64,000 bases of DNA, taken from Candidatus Omnitrophota bacterium (lineage in GTDB: Bacteria; Omnitrophota; Gorgyraeia; Zapsychrales; Zapsychraceae). Below, in pieces: positions 46,924-56,543 of the stretch (positions within the stretch are counted from its first letter, which is position 1; the number at the start of each line of letters is the position of its first letter). Position numbers and translations under genes: made by a program. The stretch spans positions 6,539-70,538 of the forward strand of contig JAIORP010000012.1 in the NCBI GenBank assembly GCA_021108075.1. Direction: 5' to 3'. Below the pieces are notes generated by a model. The model worked only from the letters and a program-made list of their open reading frames with translations, was not told where the DNA came from and searched no databases.

Positions 46924-47472
46924 ATAACAATTATTATACGACAGTCCGATTTACTTGCTTAACAGGACATCGCAGGTTGAGTTTGATTAAAATCATTAAG
47001 AATATATGCTTTTTATAACTAAAATAGCTGATAAATGGACAGTCGTTGAAGCTGTGCGTATTTGTATTCCGGACATTATTTCTGATATAAATCAATCCTT
47101 AAAAAACAAATTCCCTATCGACATACAAACATTCTAGTCTTCCCCTTAATTATTGTCAATGACTTGAATCGACTTAAAATGGACTAAAAGGTCAGTTTTT
47201 TGGACGCAAATCCATATCCGTTCATACGCGCGTATCGCGAAATTTATCACAAACTAAAATTCATCCGGTTTTGTGAGGGGGGCAATATTTTGATATGAAA
47301 GGCGCCTTTTAGGCCGGGGGAGGGGTGTTAAACGTCCCCATTTTGATTTTTTTCATCGGGAAGGTGAGCTGACAATAGGATCTTGTTAATAAATACAAAA
47401 TATGCTATTGTTCATATATAGAATATTTATACTAATATTTATTTCCAATTTCCAAAAAACAGGAGCAGACGT

Positions 47473-50400
47473 ATGAACGCGTTATTTTTCTCGAACCTTT
47501 CCACATTTTCTCGAAAAATTTTATCTGTTACTTTATGTCTTTTTCTCATTCTGATATCCACCCCGGTCCCGCTTGTCAGGGCCCAAACGCCATTGAATCT
47601 GCCCTTGCCAGGGGCGGCGGTCCCTTTAACCTCCGCGTATGAACCCGCGTTATTAAGGGGATTGACCATTTATCCGGATAATCCTTTGCAGTTTGAATTT
47701 TTGTTGGATGCGGGCGACACTTTTTTGCGAGGTCAAGCATTGCGAAAGCAAGGTGAAAAGTTAATCAAATATTTTTTGGCCGCCTTAACCATTCCTGAAG
47801 AAGAGATGTGGGTGAATCTTTCTCCCTATGAAGATAATCTTATCATTCCGGATAGTTTTGGTGACACGACCATGGGGAGCGACCTTTTAGCCCAGGATTA
47901 TTTGCTCAAGCAATTAACCGCTTCTTTAATGACCCCTGAAGATGAGATCGGCCGGATTTTTTGGGACCGTATTTATGAAAAAGTTTACAATATGTACAAG
48001 ACAACGGACATTCCATTGAACACGTTTAATAAAATTTGGATTGTGCCGGAATCAGCCACAGTCGTGGAGAAGGGTAATGATGTTTACCTTATGAATAGCC
48101 GGTTAAGCGTGATGCTGGAAGAAGATTATGTCGCCTTAAAACAAAATCTTGGCGACGAGAAATTCGGCACCGAGCAAATGGAAATGGATGAAGCTCAGGT
48201 AATCAGTCAGGTCGCGACAGAATTGGTGCGTGAGATTATTATCCCTGAAATTGAAAGAGAGGTCAATGAAGGCCAAACTTTCGCTCAGTTGCGGCAAATT
48301 TATCATGCCATGGTTTTATCCACCTGGTATAAGCAGAATTTAAAAGAATCATTCCTGGGGCAGGTCTATATCGATCAATCCAAGACAAAAGGTGTGGATA
48401 CCTGGGATAAACAGGTCACGAATAAGATTTATGATCAGTACATTCAAGCCTTTAAATCAGGAGTCCAAAATATCATCCGTGATGAGTATAATCAGCATGA
48501 TGGAGTTGTTGTGCCGCGGAAATATTTTTCCGGTGGTTTTACCACGCAACGTTTTGATGGCCGTGATTTGGCGATGTTGACCACCCGGATCAATTTGGAG
48601 TATTTCCAAAATGTTGACGCGAAGTCAAGAGCGGAAGTTCGGGATTGGCTGATGGAAGCGGATAATAGTGAGTTGTTTCAGTTTTCATTGTCTTTGATCG
48701 AATACACGGAAAATAATGAACTGCACATGGACGATGTTGTTAACGCCGGTTTTTTTGATAATGTGATTGATGAACTTCACTCACAAAGGATAAACTTACT
48801 AAAGGAGGCTCAGATCGCGCCTTTTATGCTGGAAATTCCTTTTGATCAGCGGATACAAGAAGACGGAATATCTCACCCTACGACCAAAGATGACCTGATT
48901 ATTATCGGGGAAAGATTTCGCAAGGGAATTGATCGTATTTCTAAAATCGTTCACCGGGATAAACTGACAGGTCTGTATAATTTAGATGGATACATGTTGC
49001 GGTTGCAAGAGATGGTCGATTGGATCAGACGTCAGGGTGATAAGGATGATCAGCTGCAGTATGTCTTTTTTGATATCGATCATTTTAAGGCGGTAAATGA
49101 TACTTTCGGTCACGATAATGGGGATATTGTCTTGCAGGAATTCGCCGAGATTTTAAGTTCAAACGTGCGCGCTTCAACCACAGTCGCCCGGATCGGCGGG
49201 GAAGAGTTCATCGTTATGATGTTTGATAAATCATCTGAAGATGCTGTTCTCGCCATGAAAAGAATGAAAGGCGTTTTGCGGGATCATTTTCAAACGCAGG
49301 TCAGCAAGACGGACAAGACATTTTTGTACGATAAAAAACAACTTGTTATCCAGGCGAAGAAAAGGATCGGTAAACTCCTTGAAGCAAAGACCGCCGGGCA
49401 GTCGGTTGGTTTTGATATAACAAAGTTACGGGACGCGATCGCGCACCAGGTTAAGGTCCAGGCAACCAATGACGCCGAAAGGCGATTCGCTCAAGCCCTC
49501 CAGTCGGAAGCTCTTTTTAACGCGGATGAAACCGGAGTTAATCCTGAAATTGAAAAGGCGCTTGACCTATTAGCGGGCTGGATGATCACGTTCAGCGCGG
49601 GGATAACGATTTTTGATTTGCCCCAGTATGAAAAGCTGCTTCAACGTGATGGCATCAAATCCGGTGACGCTTTGACGCAAGTGGCGACATTGCTTTATCG
49701 TCAGGGTCAAGCCGCTGTTGAGGTGGCTAAAAACAGTGGACGGGATGAAATAACGGTTTTTGATCCAGAGACAATGGAAATCGATGAAGACAGGGATCTG
49801 GGCAGTTATGCCAGTCCGGCCCCCTCTTATGAAGCGCATGACCTGGACAAAATGACGAGACGACGATTATTGAAAGAAGTCAACGGGCTCCGTAAGAGGT
49901 TTGTATCCTTGATAAATAAATCCGAGACCGATCCGTTAACAGGAATGAAAAACCGCAATGGCTTATATCAAAAGTATATTGAACGGGTGCATTACGGCGC
50001 GCGTTACCAGCCTGATACGAGTATGGCGTTAGCCTATACGGATATTGATTTCTTTAAGACCATTAATGATAGTTTTGGCCATGAAATAGGGGATGATGTT
50101 TTAAAGGCTTTAGCCGCTGGGTTTAAAGAAAATTTAAGAACGATTGATACCGTGGCCCGTTTCGGCGGCGAAGAAGTCATTATTTTTTTGCCGGCCATGA
50201 AGCGCATGGATGAGCAACGGACGATTTTAAAAGTTAGAGATATTGTCAGGAGAACAACAAAATACATTCGGGAAAATGTTTCTTTATTCGGGAACAAGAC
50301 TGAGGTGATTAAAAAAATTAGAGCGCGCATCGGGGCCCTCGACGAAAGTCAAAAAGAAGGGCTTGGCGTGGACGCTGATCTGGCGAATCTACGTAACGGT

Positions 50401-51309
50401 CTGGTTCATCAGTTAACCGTGCAGGAAGTTTTTACGGATGAAAATGAAGCAGAAAAGAAAAGATACCTTAACGATACGGGTATTGCCACCCTCTATGAAT
50501 TAGCCGATTTGCTTAATGGTTGGGACGTTACTTTAAGCGTCGGTGTTGAGATCGATGATTTTACGGAAGAGGGCAAGATCCAGTCTTATCTGAAAAAAGG
50601 AGATTTAGACACGGGGTTAACCTTGATGGTTGCCAAAGCGGAAATCGCCGCCGGTTATGTCAAAGAGACGGGCCGTAACCGCGCGGCTTATCACAGTGAG
50701 GTCCCTCGAGTGTCAAGACCCGCGCCAAATATCTTAGCGATCATCGAAAAGGAACAGGACCGTGACGGGTTCAAGGCTTATTTTGAAAATAAAGGTTATG
50801 TTGTGACAGTTGTTGGCGACTTAGAATCGGCTGAAGGTGAGTTAGCGGAACAATTAGCCAGGTATAGTTTTGTTTTAACGGAAAAACAATCCGCGGTTTC
50901 TGCCGACGATGATTCTTACCTTCCTGGCAATGAGGTGATTGATCGTTTAAGATCGATATTTCCCGGGATAAAGTCTTTGATTTTAGGCAGCCCGGAGGAA
51001 ATCTATGATGTTGATCATATTGAAGAGATGATCACAGGCGCGATTGGTGAGGGAAAAACAGATCAAGCCATGTTGACGGCTCGTTTGGATAACACCCCGG
51101 TCGGTGGTATCGATCTTGACCCGGCTCTGCTTGATTTGAAAATTAAACGCGATGGAGAGGGCATTGCCTTACCACTACTGCAACAACCGCCCGAAGCGCT
51201 GCAAATTGAGGGCTTTATCCCTGTGATCATGAACGTGACACCCGTGCAGACGCTGCCGATTTTTCTTGGAAACCTGGCGACTGAAGGGGATACGTTAGCC
51301 CAATTATAG
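47473..51309 (+). CDS. Putatively exported modular protein (paralogue of the giant protein) with tandem GGDEF domains and a degenerate REC-like domain
   Basis: Signal peptide (ILSVTLCLFLILISTPVPLVRA/Q), shared N-domain, DLAML/DQAML boundaries, DIDHFKAVNDTFGH..RIGGEEF, DIDFFKTINDSFGH..RFGGEEV, shared C-domain VGGIDLDP..IKRDG. Confidence 0.9.
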   Translation: MNALFFSNLSTFSRKILSVTLCLFLILISTPVPLVRAQTPLNLPLPGAAVPLTSAYEPALLRGLTIYPDNPLQFEFLLDAGDTFLRGQALRKQGEKLIKYFLAALTIPEEEMWVNLSPYEDNLIIPDSFGDTTMGSDLLAQDYLLKQLTASLMTPEDEIGRIFWDRIYEKVYNMYKTTDIPLNTFNKIWIVPESATVVEKGNDVYLMNSRLSVMLEEDYVALKQNLGDEKFGTEQMEMDEAQVISQVATELVREIIIPEIEREVNEGQTFAQLRQIYHAMVLSTWYKQNLKESFLGQVYIDQSKTKGVDTWDKQVTNKIYDQYIQAFKSGVQNIIRDEYNQHDGVVVPRKYFSGGFTTQRFDGRDLAMLTTRINLEYFQNVDAKSRAEVRDWLMEADNSELFQFSLSLIEYTENNELHMDDVVNAGFFDNVIDELHSQRINLLKEAQIAPFMLEIPFDQRIQEDGISHPTTKDDLIIIGERFRKGIDRISKIVHRDKLTGLYNLDGYMLRLQEMVDWIRRQGDKDDQLQYVFFDIDHFKAVNDTFGHDNGDIVLQEFAEILSSNVRASTTVARIGGEEFIVMMFDKSSEDAVLAMKRMKGVLRDHFQTQVSKTDKTFLYDKKQLVIQAKKRIGKLLEAKTAGQSVGFDITKLRDAIAHQVKVQATNDAERRFAQALQSEALFNADETGVNPEIEKALDLLAGWMITFSAGITIFDLPQYEKLLQRDGIKSGDALTQVATLLYRQGQAAVEVAKNSGRDEITVFDPETMEIDEDRDLGSYASPAPSYEAHDLDKMTRRRLLKEVNGLRKRFVSLINKSETDPLTGMKNRNGLYQKYIERVHYGARYQPDTSMALAYTDIDFFKTINDSFGHEIGDDVLKALAAGFKENLRTIDTVARFGGEEVIIFLPAMKRMDEQRTILKVRDIVRRTTKYIRENVSLFGNKTEVIKKIRARIGALDESQKEGLGVDADLANLRNGLVHQLTVQEVFTDENEAEKKRYLNDTGIATLYELADLLNGWDVTLSVGVEIDDFTEEGKIQSYLKKGDLDTGLTLMVAKAEIAAGYVKETGRNRAAYHSEVPRVSRPAPNILAIIEKEQDRDGFKAYFENKGYVVTVVGDLESAEGELAEQLARYSFVLTEKQSAVSADDDSYLPGNEVIDRLRSIFPGIKSLILGSPEEIYDVDHIEEMITGAIGEGKTDQAMLTARLDNTPVGGIDLDPALLDLKIKRDGEGIALPLLQQPPEALQIEGFIPVIMNVTPVQTLPIFLGNLATEGDTLAQL

Positions 51310-51468
51310 GAACAAAAGAGAGGCAGCTGTTATCTGAGTAAAAAGGTAGCGGCTGTTTCCACTTTTTTCTTGCTCTCTTTGATATATCAGTTATAATATT
51401 TGAATTCTATCCTGCAAAACATAAAACTATCGTAAAACATTAGGTCTATTATACTTTCATCGTTAATG

Positions 51469-51571
51469 ATACCAAATCCATTAAATAATTACCAAAGTCA
51501 GTATGATATTCTCGACGTTTAAACGCGAATATTGGTATTCAGATAGGACAATTATTTAATGGATTTGGTAT
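51469..51571. repeat. MITE-like repeat with 22-bp perfect terminal inverted repeats
   Basis: ATACCAAATCCATTAAATAATT...AATTATTTAATGGATTTGGTAT. Confidence 0.8.
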
Positions 51572-51595
51572 GACTTGTTTAAAAGGGAGTGAACT

Positions 51596-51916
51596 ATGTC
51601 TGTCCTTCATGCGACCAACGCGAATTTTGACAAAGAAGTTTTGCAGTCATCTATACCTGTCCTTGTCGATTTCTGGGCAGAATGGTGTAATCCCTGTAAA
51701 ATGATTGGTCCGATTATTGATGAGATTGAAACAGAAATGGCAGACAAGATAAAAGTCGTTAAAGTCAATATTGATGAAGCCGCTGATATTGCCGGCAAGT
51801 ATAATGTCATGTCTATCCCCACCATTATGGTTTTTAAGGGTGGTCAGATCGCGAATCAGACCGTCGGCGTTTTACCGAAAGAGGCGTTAATGGCGAAAGT
51901 CAATGAGGTTTTGTAA
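51596..51916 (+). CDS. trxA: Thioredoxin
   Basis: VLVDFWAEWCNPCK, VMSIPT. Confidence 0.95.
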   Translation: MSVLHATNANFDKEVLQSSIPVLVDFWAEWCNPCKMIGPIIDEIETEMADKIKVVKVNIDEAADIAGKYNVMSIPTIMVFKGGQIANQTVGVLPKEALMAKVNEVL

Positions 51917-51965
51917 GGATAAGAGAGTTGAAACGTCATATTAAATGAGGAGTTAGAAGACGATC

Positions 51966-52316
51966 ATGATGATCCCCATGTTGAGAACGAAGATAGCCTA
52001 TGCGACGATTACGGAATCGAATCTATACTATGAAGGCAGTATTTCCATCGACCGGGATTTGATGGACACGGTTGGACTGATCCCGGGGCAGAAAGTTGAA
52101 ATTCTTAATATCAATAATGGTCAGCGTTTTGAGACGTACACCATTGTCGGTGAAAGAGGTAGTGGCCAAATTTGTTTGAATGGTCCCGCGGCACGTTTGG
52201 GTGTTATCGGCGATCAGATTATGATACTGAGTTACGTGTATGTTGATGTTGAGGAAGCAAAAAGCGTTAAACAGGAGATTGTGCATTTAGATGAGCGGAA
52301 TAAGGTTAAAAGTTAG
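51966..52316 (+). CDS. panD: Aspartate 1-decarboxylase
   Basis: YEG/SISID autocleavage site, NGQRFETY, ICLNGPAAR. Confidence 0.93.
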   Translation: MMIPMLRTKIAYATITESNLYYEGSISIDRDLMDTVGLIPGQKVEILNINNGQRFETYTIVGERGSGQICLNGPAARLGVIGDQIMILSYVYVDVEEAKSVKQEIVHLDERNKVKS

Positions 52317-52785
52317 AATTTACGGTGACCCTTGCTTGCGGGAAAAGACCAGGCCGGTGGACAAGATAACACCCGCCTTGCGGTTGATGTTAAAGACAAT
52401 GGTCAATACGATGTACGAAGAGGATGGCGTTGGGTTGGCCGCTTCCCAGGTCGGGATCAATGAAAGTTTTTTTGTCGCTGATATGGGGGATGGTCCGGGA
52501 GTTTATATTAATCCGCAAATTTATAAACAATCGGGCGAAGAAACGATGGAAGAAGGATGTTTGAGTTTGCCCGGTTTGACGATCAAGGTCGCTCGCCCAA
52601 AGAATATTCAAGTGTCGTATAGAGATGTGAATTTTGAGAATATTACCAGAGACCTGGAAGGACTTCACGCCAGGATTTTTCTGCATGAATCAGATCATTT
52701 AATCGGTCGTCTTCTGCTTGATTACGTCGACGAAAAGGACCGGCCAGCCCTGGAGAAAAAGATTCAACCTAATCCGTCTGGATAA
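52291..52785 (+). CDS. def: Peptide deformylase
   Basis: GVGLAASQ, EGCLS, HESDH. Confidence 0.95.
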   Translation: MSGIRLKVRIYGDPCLREKTRPVDKITPALRLMLKTMVNTMYEEDGVGLAASQVGINESFFVADMGDGPGVYINPQIYKQSGEETMEEGCLSLPGLTIKVARPKNIQVSYRDVNFENITRDLEGLHARIFLHESDHLIGRLLLDYVDEKDRPALEKKIQPNPSG

Positions 52786-52805
52786 CTTTTATTTCCCAGA
52801 AGAAC

Positions 52806-53711
52806 ATGCCATCTTCCCACACAAATTTGGAAGGATCTGACGACAAGATTTTACCTCCGTGGTTTTGTCAGCCTATTCCTGTTCCCTCCGCGGTTGATTC
52901 CATGCGAAGCCTTTTAGAGGAGTTCAACATCAATACGGTTTGTCAATCAGCCCGTTGCCCAAACAGTGGGCAATGTTGGTTGCGCAAGGCAGCCGCGTTT
53001 ATGATTTTAGGTGATGTGTGTACCCGTTCTTGCCGTTTCTGCGCTGTGCCATCCGGTCAAGCCCCGTCAGTCGTTGATCCATATGAACCTCAGCATATTG
53101 CCGAAGCTGTTAATCGTTTAGATCTGAATTATGTTGTGATGACATCTGTGACACGTGATGACCTGCCTGATTGTGGCGTGGGCCAATTCATTCAGACGAT
53201 TCAAGCTATTCGGCAATGGCATTCAAAGGCGAAGATTGAGGTCTTGATCCCTGATTTTCAGGGTGATGCGGACTTGCTGGATTCCCTGTTGCGGGTCAAA
53301 CCGGATGTTATCGGGCACAATATTGAGATGCCCGGAAGATTCTTTCCTGATTTGCGGCCGCAGGGGGATTACCGGAGATCCGTCGATGTATTAACTTATT
53401 TAAAAAAGAACCGTTCGCGAATGATTGTGAAAACAGGTTTTATGGTCGGTTTCGGCGAGACGGATGAAGAGATTGAGCGTCTTCTGGACGACCTGATCCA
53501 AACGGGTTGTGATATTTTAACGATCGGGCAGTATCTTAAACCCGTGAAAAATGAATCAATGGCGCAAGTCCAACGTTATGTGACACCGGCGGAGTTTGAT
53601 CAATTGCGTCTGCTCGCCCTGAACAAAGGCTTCAGGCATGTCGTGAGCGGTCCGCTTGTGCGCAGTTCTTTTTTAGCCGAAGAGAGTTTCAACGCTCTGA
53701 AGATCCACTAA
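52806..53711 (+). CDS. lipA: Lipoyl synthase
   Basis: CQSARCPNSGQC, CTRSCRFC, TIGQYL, PLVRSS. Confidence 0.93.
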   Translation: MPSSHTNLEGSDDKILPPWFCQPIPVPSAVDSMRSLLEEFNINTVCQSARCPNSGQCWLRKAAAFMILGDVCTRSCRFCAVPSGQAPSVVDPYEPQHIAEAVNRLDLNYVVMTSVTRDDLPDCGVGQFIQTIQAIRQWHSKAKIEVLIPDFQGDADLLDSLLRVKPDVIGHNIEMPGRFFPDLRPQGDYRRSVDVLTYLKKNRSRMIVKTGFMVGFGETDEEIERLLDDLIQTGCDILTIGQYLKPVKNESMAQVQRYVTPAEFDQLRLLALNKGFRHVVSGPLVRSSFLAEESFNALKIH

Positions 53712-53755
53712 ATATTTTCTACTGGGCATGGTGTTTTTTGCCCATCCGTTAGACT

Positions 53756-54799
53756 ATGGCAAATACAAAGAATGAATTTCAATTAAAATTTTTTATTGTT
53801 TATTTGATCTGTTTGTTTTTAATCCTGGAGGGAACCGCCCGTCTGTATCTTTGTTTTAGATACAAAATCAATCCACTCAATCCTGGAAGAACCATTTCTT
53901 CTTTTTATCCCGAGCTTTTTCCAGCAGCCGATCATCAGATTGTCCCTGATGACGCGTTTTTTGATGTCCTCCTGTTAGGTGCGTCTGTCGTTAATTATCG
54001 AATCAGTGACATTGATCGACGGCTGGTCGAGGGCCTAACAGAGCAATTAGGAAGAAAAGTCCGGATTTTTAATTTGTCCAAGTTCGCGCATTCTTCACGG
54101 GATAGCCTGATGAAGTATCAGTTTCTGCGGGACAAGAGTTTTGATTTAGTGCTGATTTATCACGGCATCAATGAGGTGAGATCCAATAATATTCCGGCCC
54201 ATCTGTTTAAAAGCGATTATTCTCATTGTCCTTTTTATGAAAGAGTGAATACATTTAACCGGCACCAGGAAATATCTTTTGTTGTTTTTCCCTGGCTTGT
54301 GCACGATTTGATCATTAACATGAAACAGCGTTTTTCTCCGGACAACTATATCCCTTTTGAACAACCCAGAGCCGGTTGGCTGCGGTATGGTAAAGAACTG
54401 AAGGCGACAGAATCTTTTAAACAAAATTTTGAGGATATAATAAACATCGCTGCCGCGAAGAATGAGCCCATTGTGTTATCCACCTTCGCCTATTATCTTC
54501 CGGAACAGTATTCAAGACAAAATTTTGAAGGAGGCCTTCTGGATTATACCCCTGGCGAGCAGGCGGTTCCGGCTGAAATATGGGGGCATCCGCAAAATGT
54601 TGTTTCGGGGTTGGATGCCCATAACACGGTCATCGAGAATTTACGGGATATGCCTGGCCAGATCATTTTTGTCGATCAAAGAAAGCTTATTCCCGCGTCA
54701 GGCGATTATTTTATCGATATCTGTCACTTCTCTCCTAAAGGCAATCAGCAGTTTATCAACAATATCATCTCTCCGGTTGTTGACTTCTTTAGGCCGTAG
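53756..54799 (+). CDS. Membrane-anchored SGNH/GDSL hydrolase-like protein
   Basis: N-terminal TM, LLGAS, HGINE, FIDICH. Confidence 0.7.
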   Translation: MANTKNEFQLKFFIVYLICLFLILEGTARLYLCFRYKINPLNPGRTISSFYPELFPAADHQIVPDDAFFDVLLLGASVVNYRISDIDRRLVEGLTEQLGRKVRIFNLSKFAHSSRDSLMKYQFLRDKSFDLVLIYHGINEVRSNNIPAHLFKSDYSHCPFYERVNTFNRHQEISFVVFPWLVHDLIINMKQRFSPDNYIPFEQPRAGWLRYGKELKATESFKQNFEDIINIAAAKNEPIVLSTFAYYLPEQYSRQNFEGGLLDYTPGEQAVPAEIWGHPQNVVSGLDAHNTVIENLRDMPGQIIFVDQRKLIPASGDYFIDICHFSPKGNQQFINNIISPVVDFFRP

Positions 54800-54921
54800 T
54801 TATTAAGGGGAACGGAGAATCAGCATAGGCTTTAATAGAAAAGTTTGATTATATTCACTTTGTGATTATAATACATAAAAAATGATAGACAATCAATTCG
54901 ACAAACAAGGGTGAACGTAAC

Positions 54922-55914
54922 ATGAAAGATAAAGTAAAGAATATATTGAGTTTTGTTCTGCGGCTGGGGTTGAGCGGGCTTTTGTTGTGGTATTTATTCT
55001 CAAAGATTGATATGGAAAAGACCCTGGATATCTTACGGACCGCAGATTTAAACTATATTTATTTAGCGGGAGGGATATTTCTTGTTTGCCAATCTTTTTT
55101 ATTGCTGCGGTGGTTTATCTTTATTAAAGCCTTGAAACTGGAGGCCCATCCATTGGTTGTCACCCGTTTTTTCTTTATTGGTCTATTTGGGAATTTATTC
55201 CTGCCAAGTTCGATCGGGGGAGACCTCATAAAAATTATCGGGCTTTGCAAGAACAGTTCTCAAAAACCACGCGTGGTTGCCTCGGTGTTGCTGGACCGCC
55301 TGAGTGGCTTCGCCTCAATCGTCATTGTCGCGGTGGGGGCTTTTATTGTCGGGTATCGGTATGTTAATGAACCGCAATTGATTTTGCCGATTGCCCTGAT
55401 CGGGGTTGGTTCAATCGTTGTCGCTGCCGTTTTATTTAATGAGAGAATTTATGGTTTTGGCTGCCGGATTTTTAATTTTTTCCCAAAGGTTAAAGAAAGT
55501 TTAATGCAGATGCATTACGATATCATGTTAATGCAAGACAATAAGATGGAAGGATTCAAAGCGATCGCATTGTCTATCGTCGGTCAGCTGGTCTACGCGC
55601 TGACATTTTATTTAAGTGCTAAGGCGCTACACTCTGATATCCCGCTGCTTTATTTTTTTATTTTTGTTCCTCTTATTTGTGTCGCTTCATCATTGCCGTC
55701 AATCGGAGGGTTGGGTGTGCGTGAAGCAGGAGCGGCATATTTTTTTGGCAAAGTCGGGGTGGCGTCTGAGGTCGCGATCAGTATTTCCTTAATAAGTTTT
55801 CTTTTTATGATTATGATGGGTTTATTGGGTGGGGTGATTTATGTCTTTACATTATCTTCTGGACGGGTACAACATTGTTCATCAGATGCCGACGTTGATC
55901 CATCAACAACTTGA
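54922..55914 (+). CDS. Lysylphosphatidylglycerol-synthase TM domain (UPF0104) flippase-like protein
   Basis: Multi-TM; NLFLPSSIGGD, DRLSG, PSIGGLGVRE. Confidence 0.85.
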   Translation: MKDKVKNILSFVLRLGLSGLLLWYLFSKIDMEKTLDILRTADLNYIYLAGGIFLVCQSFLLLRWFIFIKALKLEAHPLVVTRFFFIGLFGNLFLPSSIGGDLIKIIGLCKNSSQKPRVVASVLLDRLSGFASIVIVAVGAFIVGYRYVNEPQLILPIALIGVGSIVVAAVLFNERIYGFGCRIFNFFPKVKESLMQMHYDIMLMQDNKMEGFKAIALSIVGQLVYALTFYLSAKALHSDIPLLYFFIFVPLICVASSLPSIGGLGVREAGAAYFFGKVGVASEVAISISLISFLFMIMMGLLGGVIYVFTLSSGRVQHCSSDADVDPSTT

Positions 55915-56371
55915 GACGCAAAGGCATTCATTTGTTCATATGATTCACACCCGGCGGCCGCAGGGCAGTTCACGCAATAAGGTCACGGTCGTGTTTGACG
56001 GATATCCGGCCGGGTTTGGGGCGGACTTATCTTCCGGGCATGTTCAAATTCTTTATTCCTGCGACATAACAGCGGACGACCGTATTAAACAAATTGTCCA
56101 GAAGTCAATTTTAAAAAAGAACATTATTGTTGTTACCAATGATCGGGCGATACAATATGCTGTTCGGGCTCTGGGGGCAAAAGTTATTTCTGTCGAGAGT
56201 TTTCTGCAAAAGATAAACAAGTCCGCGTCTTCCGGTTCAGTTGACTCACAGAGAAATCAATCCGGTCTGAAAAAGAATATTTCAAACCGCGAAAAACAAC
56301 ATATCAATTTAGAATTGGAAGATCTCTGGCTTAAAAAAAAGTCTAACAAAAAGAATAAACGGGATGAATGA
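55841..56371 (+). CDS. NYN domain ribonuclease (YacP/Rae1-like)
   Basis: YLLDGYN, VVFDG, TADDRI, VVTND. Confidence 0.85.
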   Translation: MSLHYLLDGYNIVHQMPTLIHQQLETQRHSFVHMIHTRRPQGSSRNKVTVVFDGYPAGFGADLSSGHVQILYSCDITADDRIKQIVQKSILKKNIIVVTNDRAIQYAVRALGAKVISVESFLQKINKSASSGSVDSQRNQSGLKKNISNREKQHINLELEDLWLKKKSNKKNKRDE

Positions 56372-56424
56372 TAAATCGTGTTGTGTTTGCTTCGGGAATT
56401 GGGCCCTGTGTTCACGGCCTTTAG

Positions 56425-56543
56425 TTAGTTGTTCTATTTCAATTCTGATATTCTCACTGAAGCTTCGAGAAAAGCGGAAATCAGAAGAATTATTTATCGG
56501 ATTTGGTCTCGCTAGTTGTTCAATAATTTAGTGGAATTGGTAT
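56425..56543. repeat. MITE-like repeat, diverged reverse copy
   Basis: TTGTTCTATTTCAATTCTGATATT...TTTAGTGGAATTGGTAT. Confidence 0.6.

Noticed and set aside
51680-51700. Thioredoxin WCNPC instead of WCGPC
   Set aside because: Within normal thioredoxin variation.
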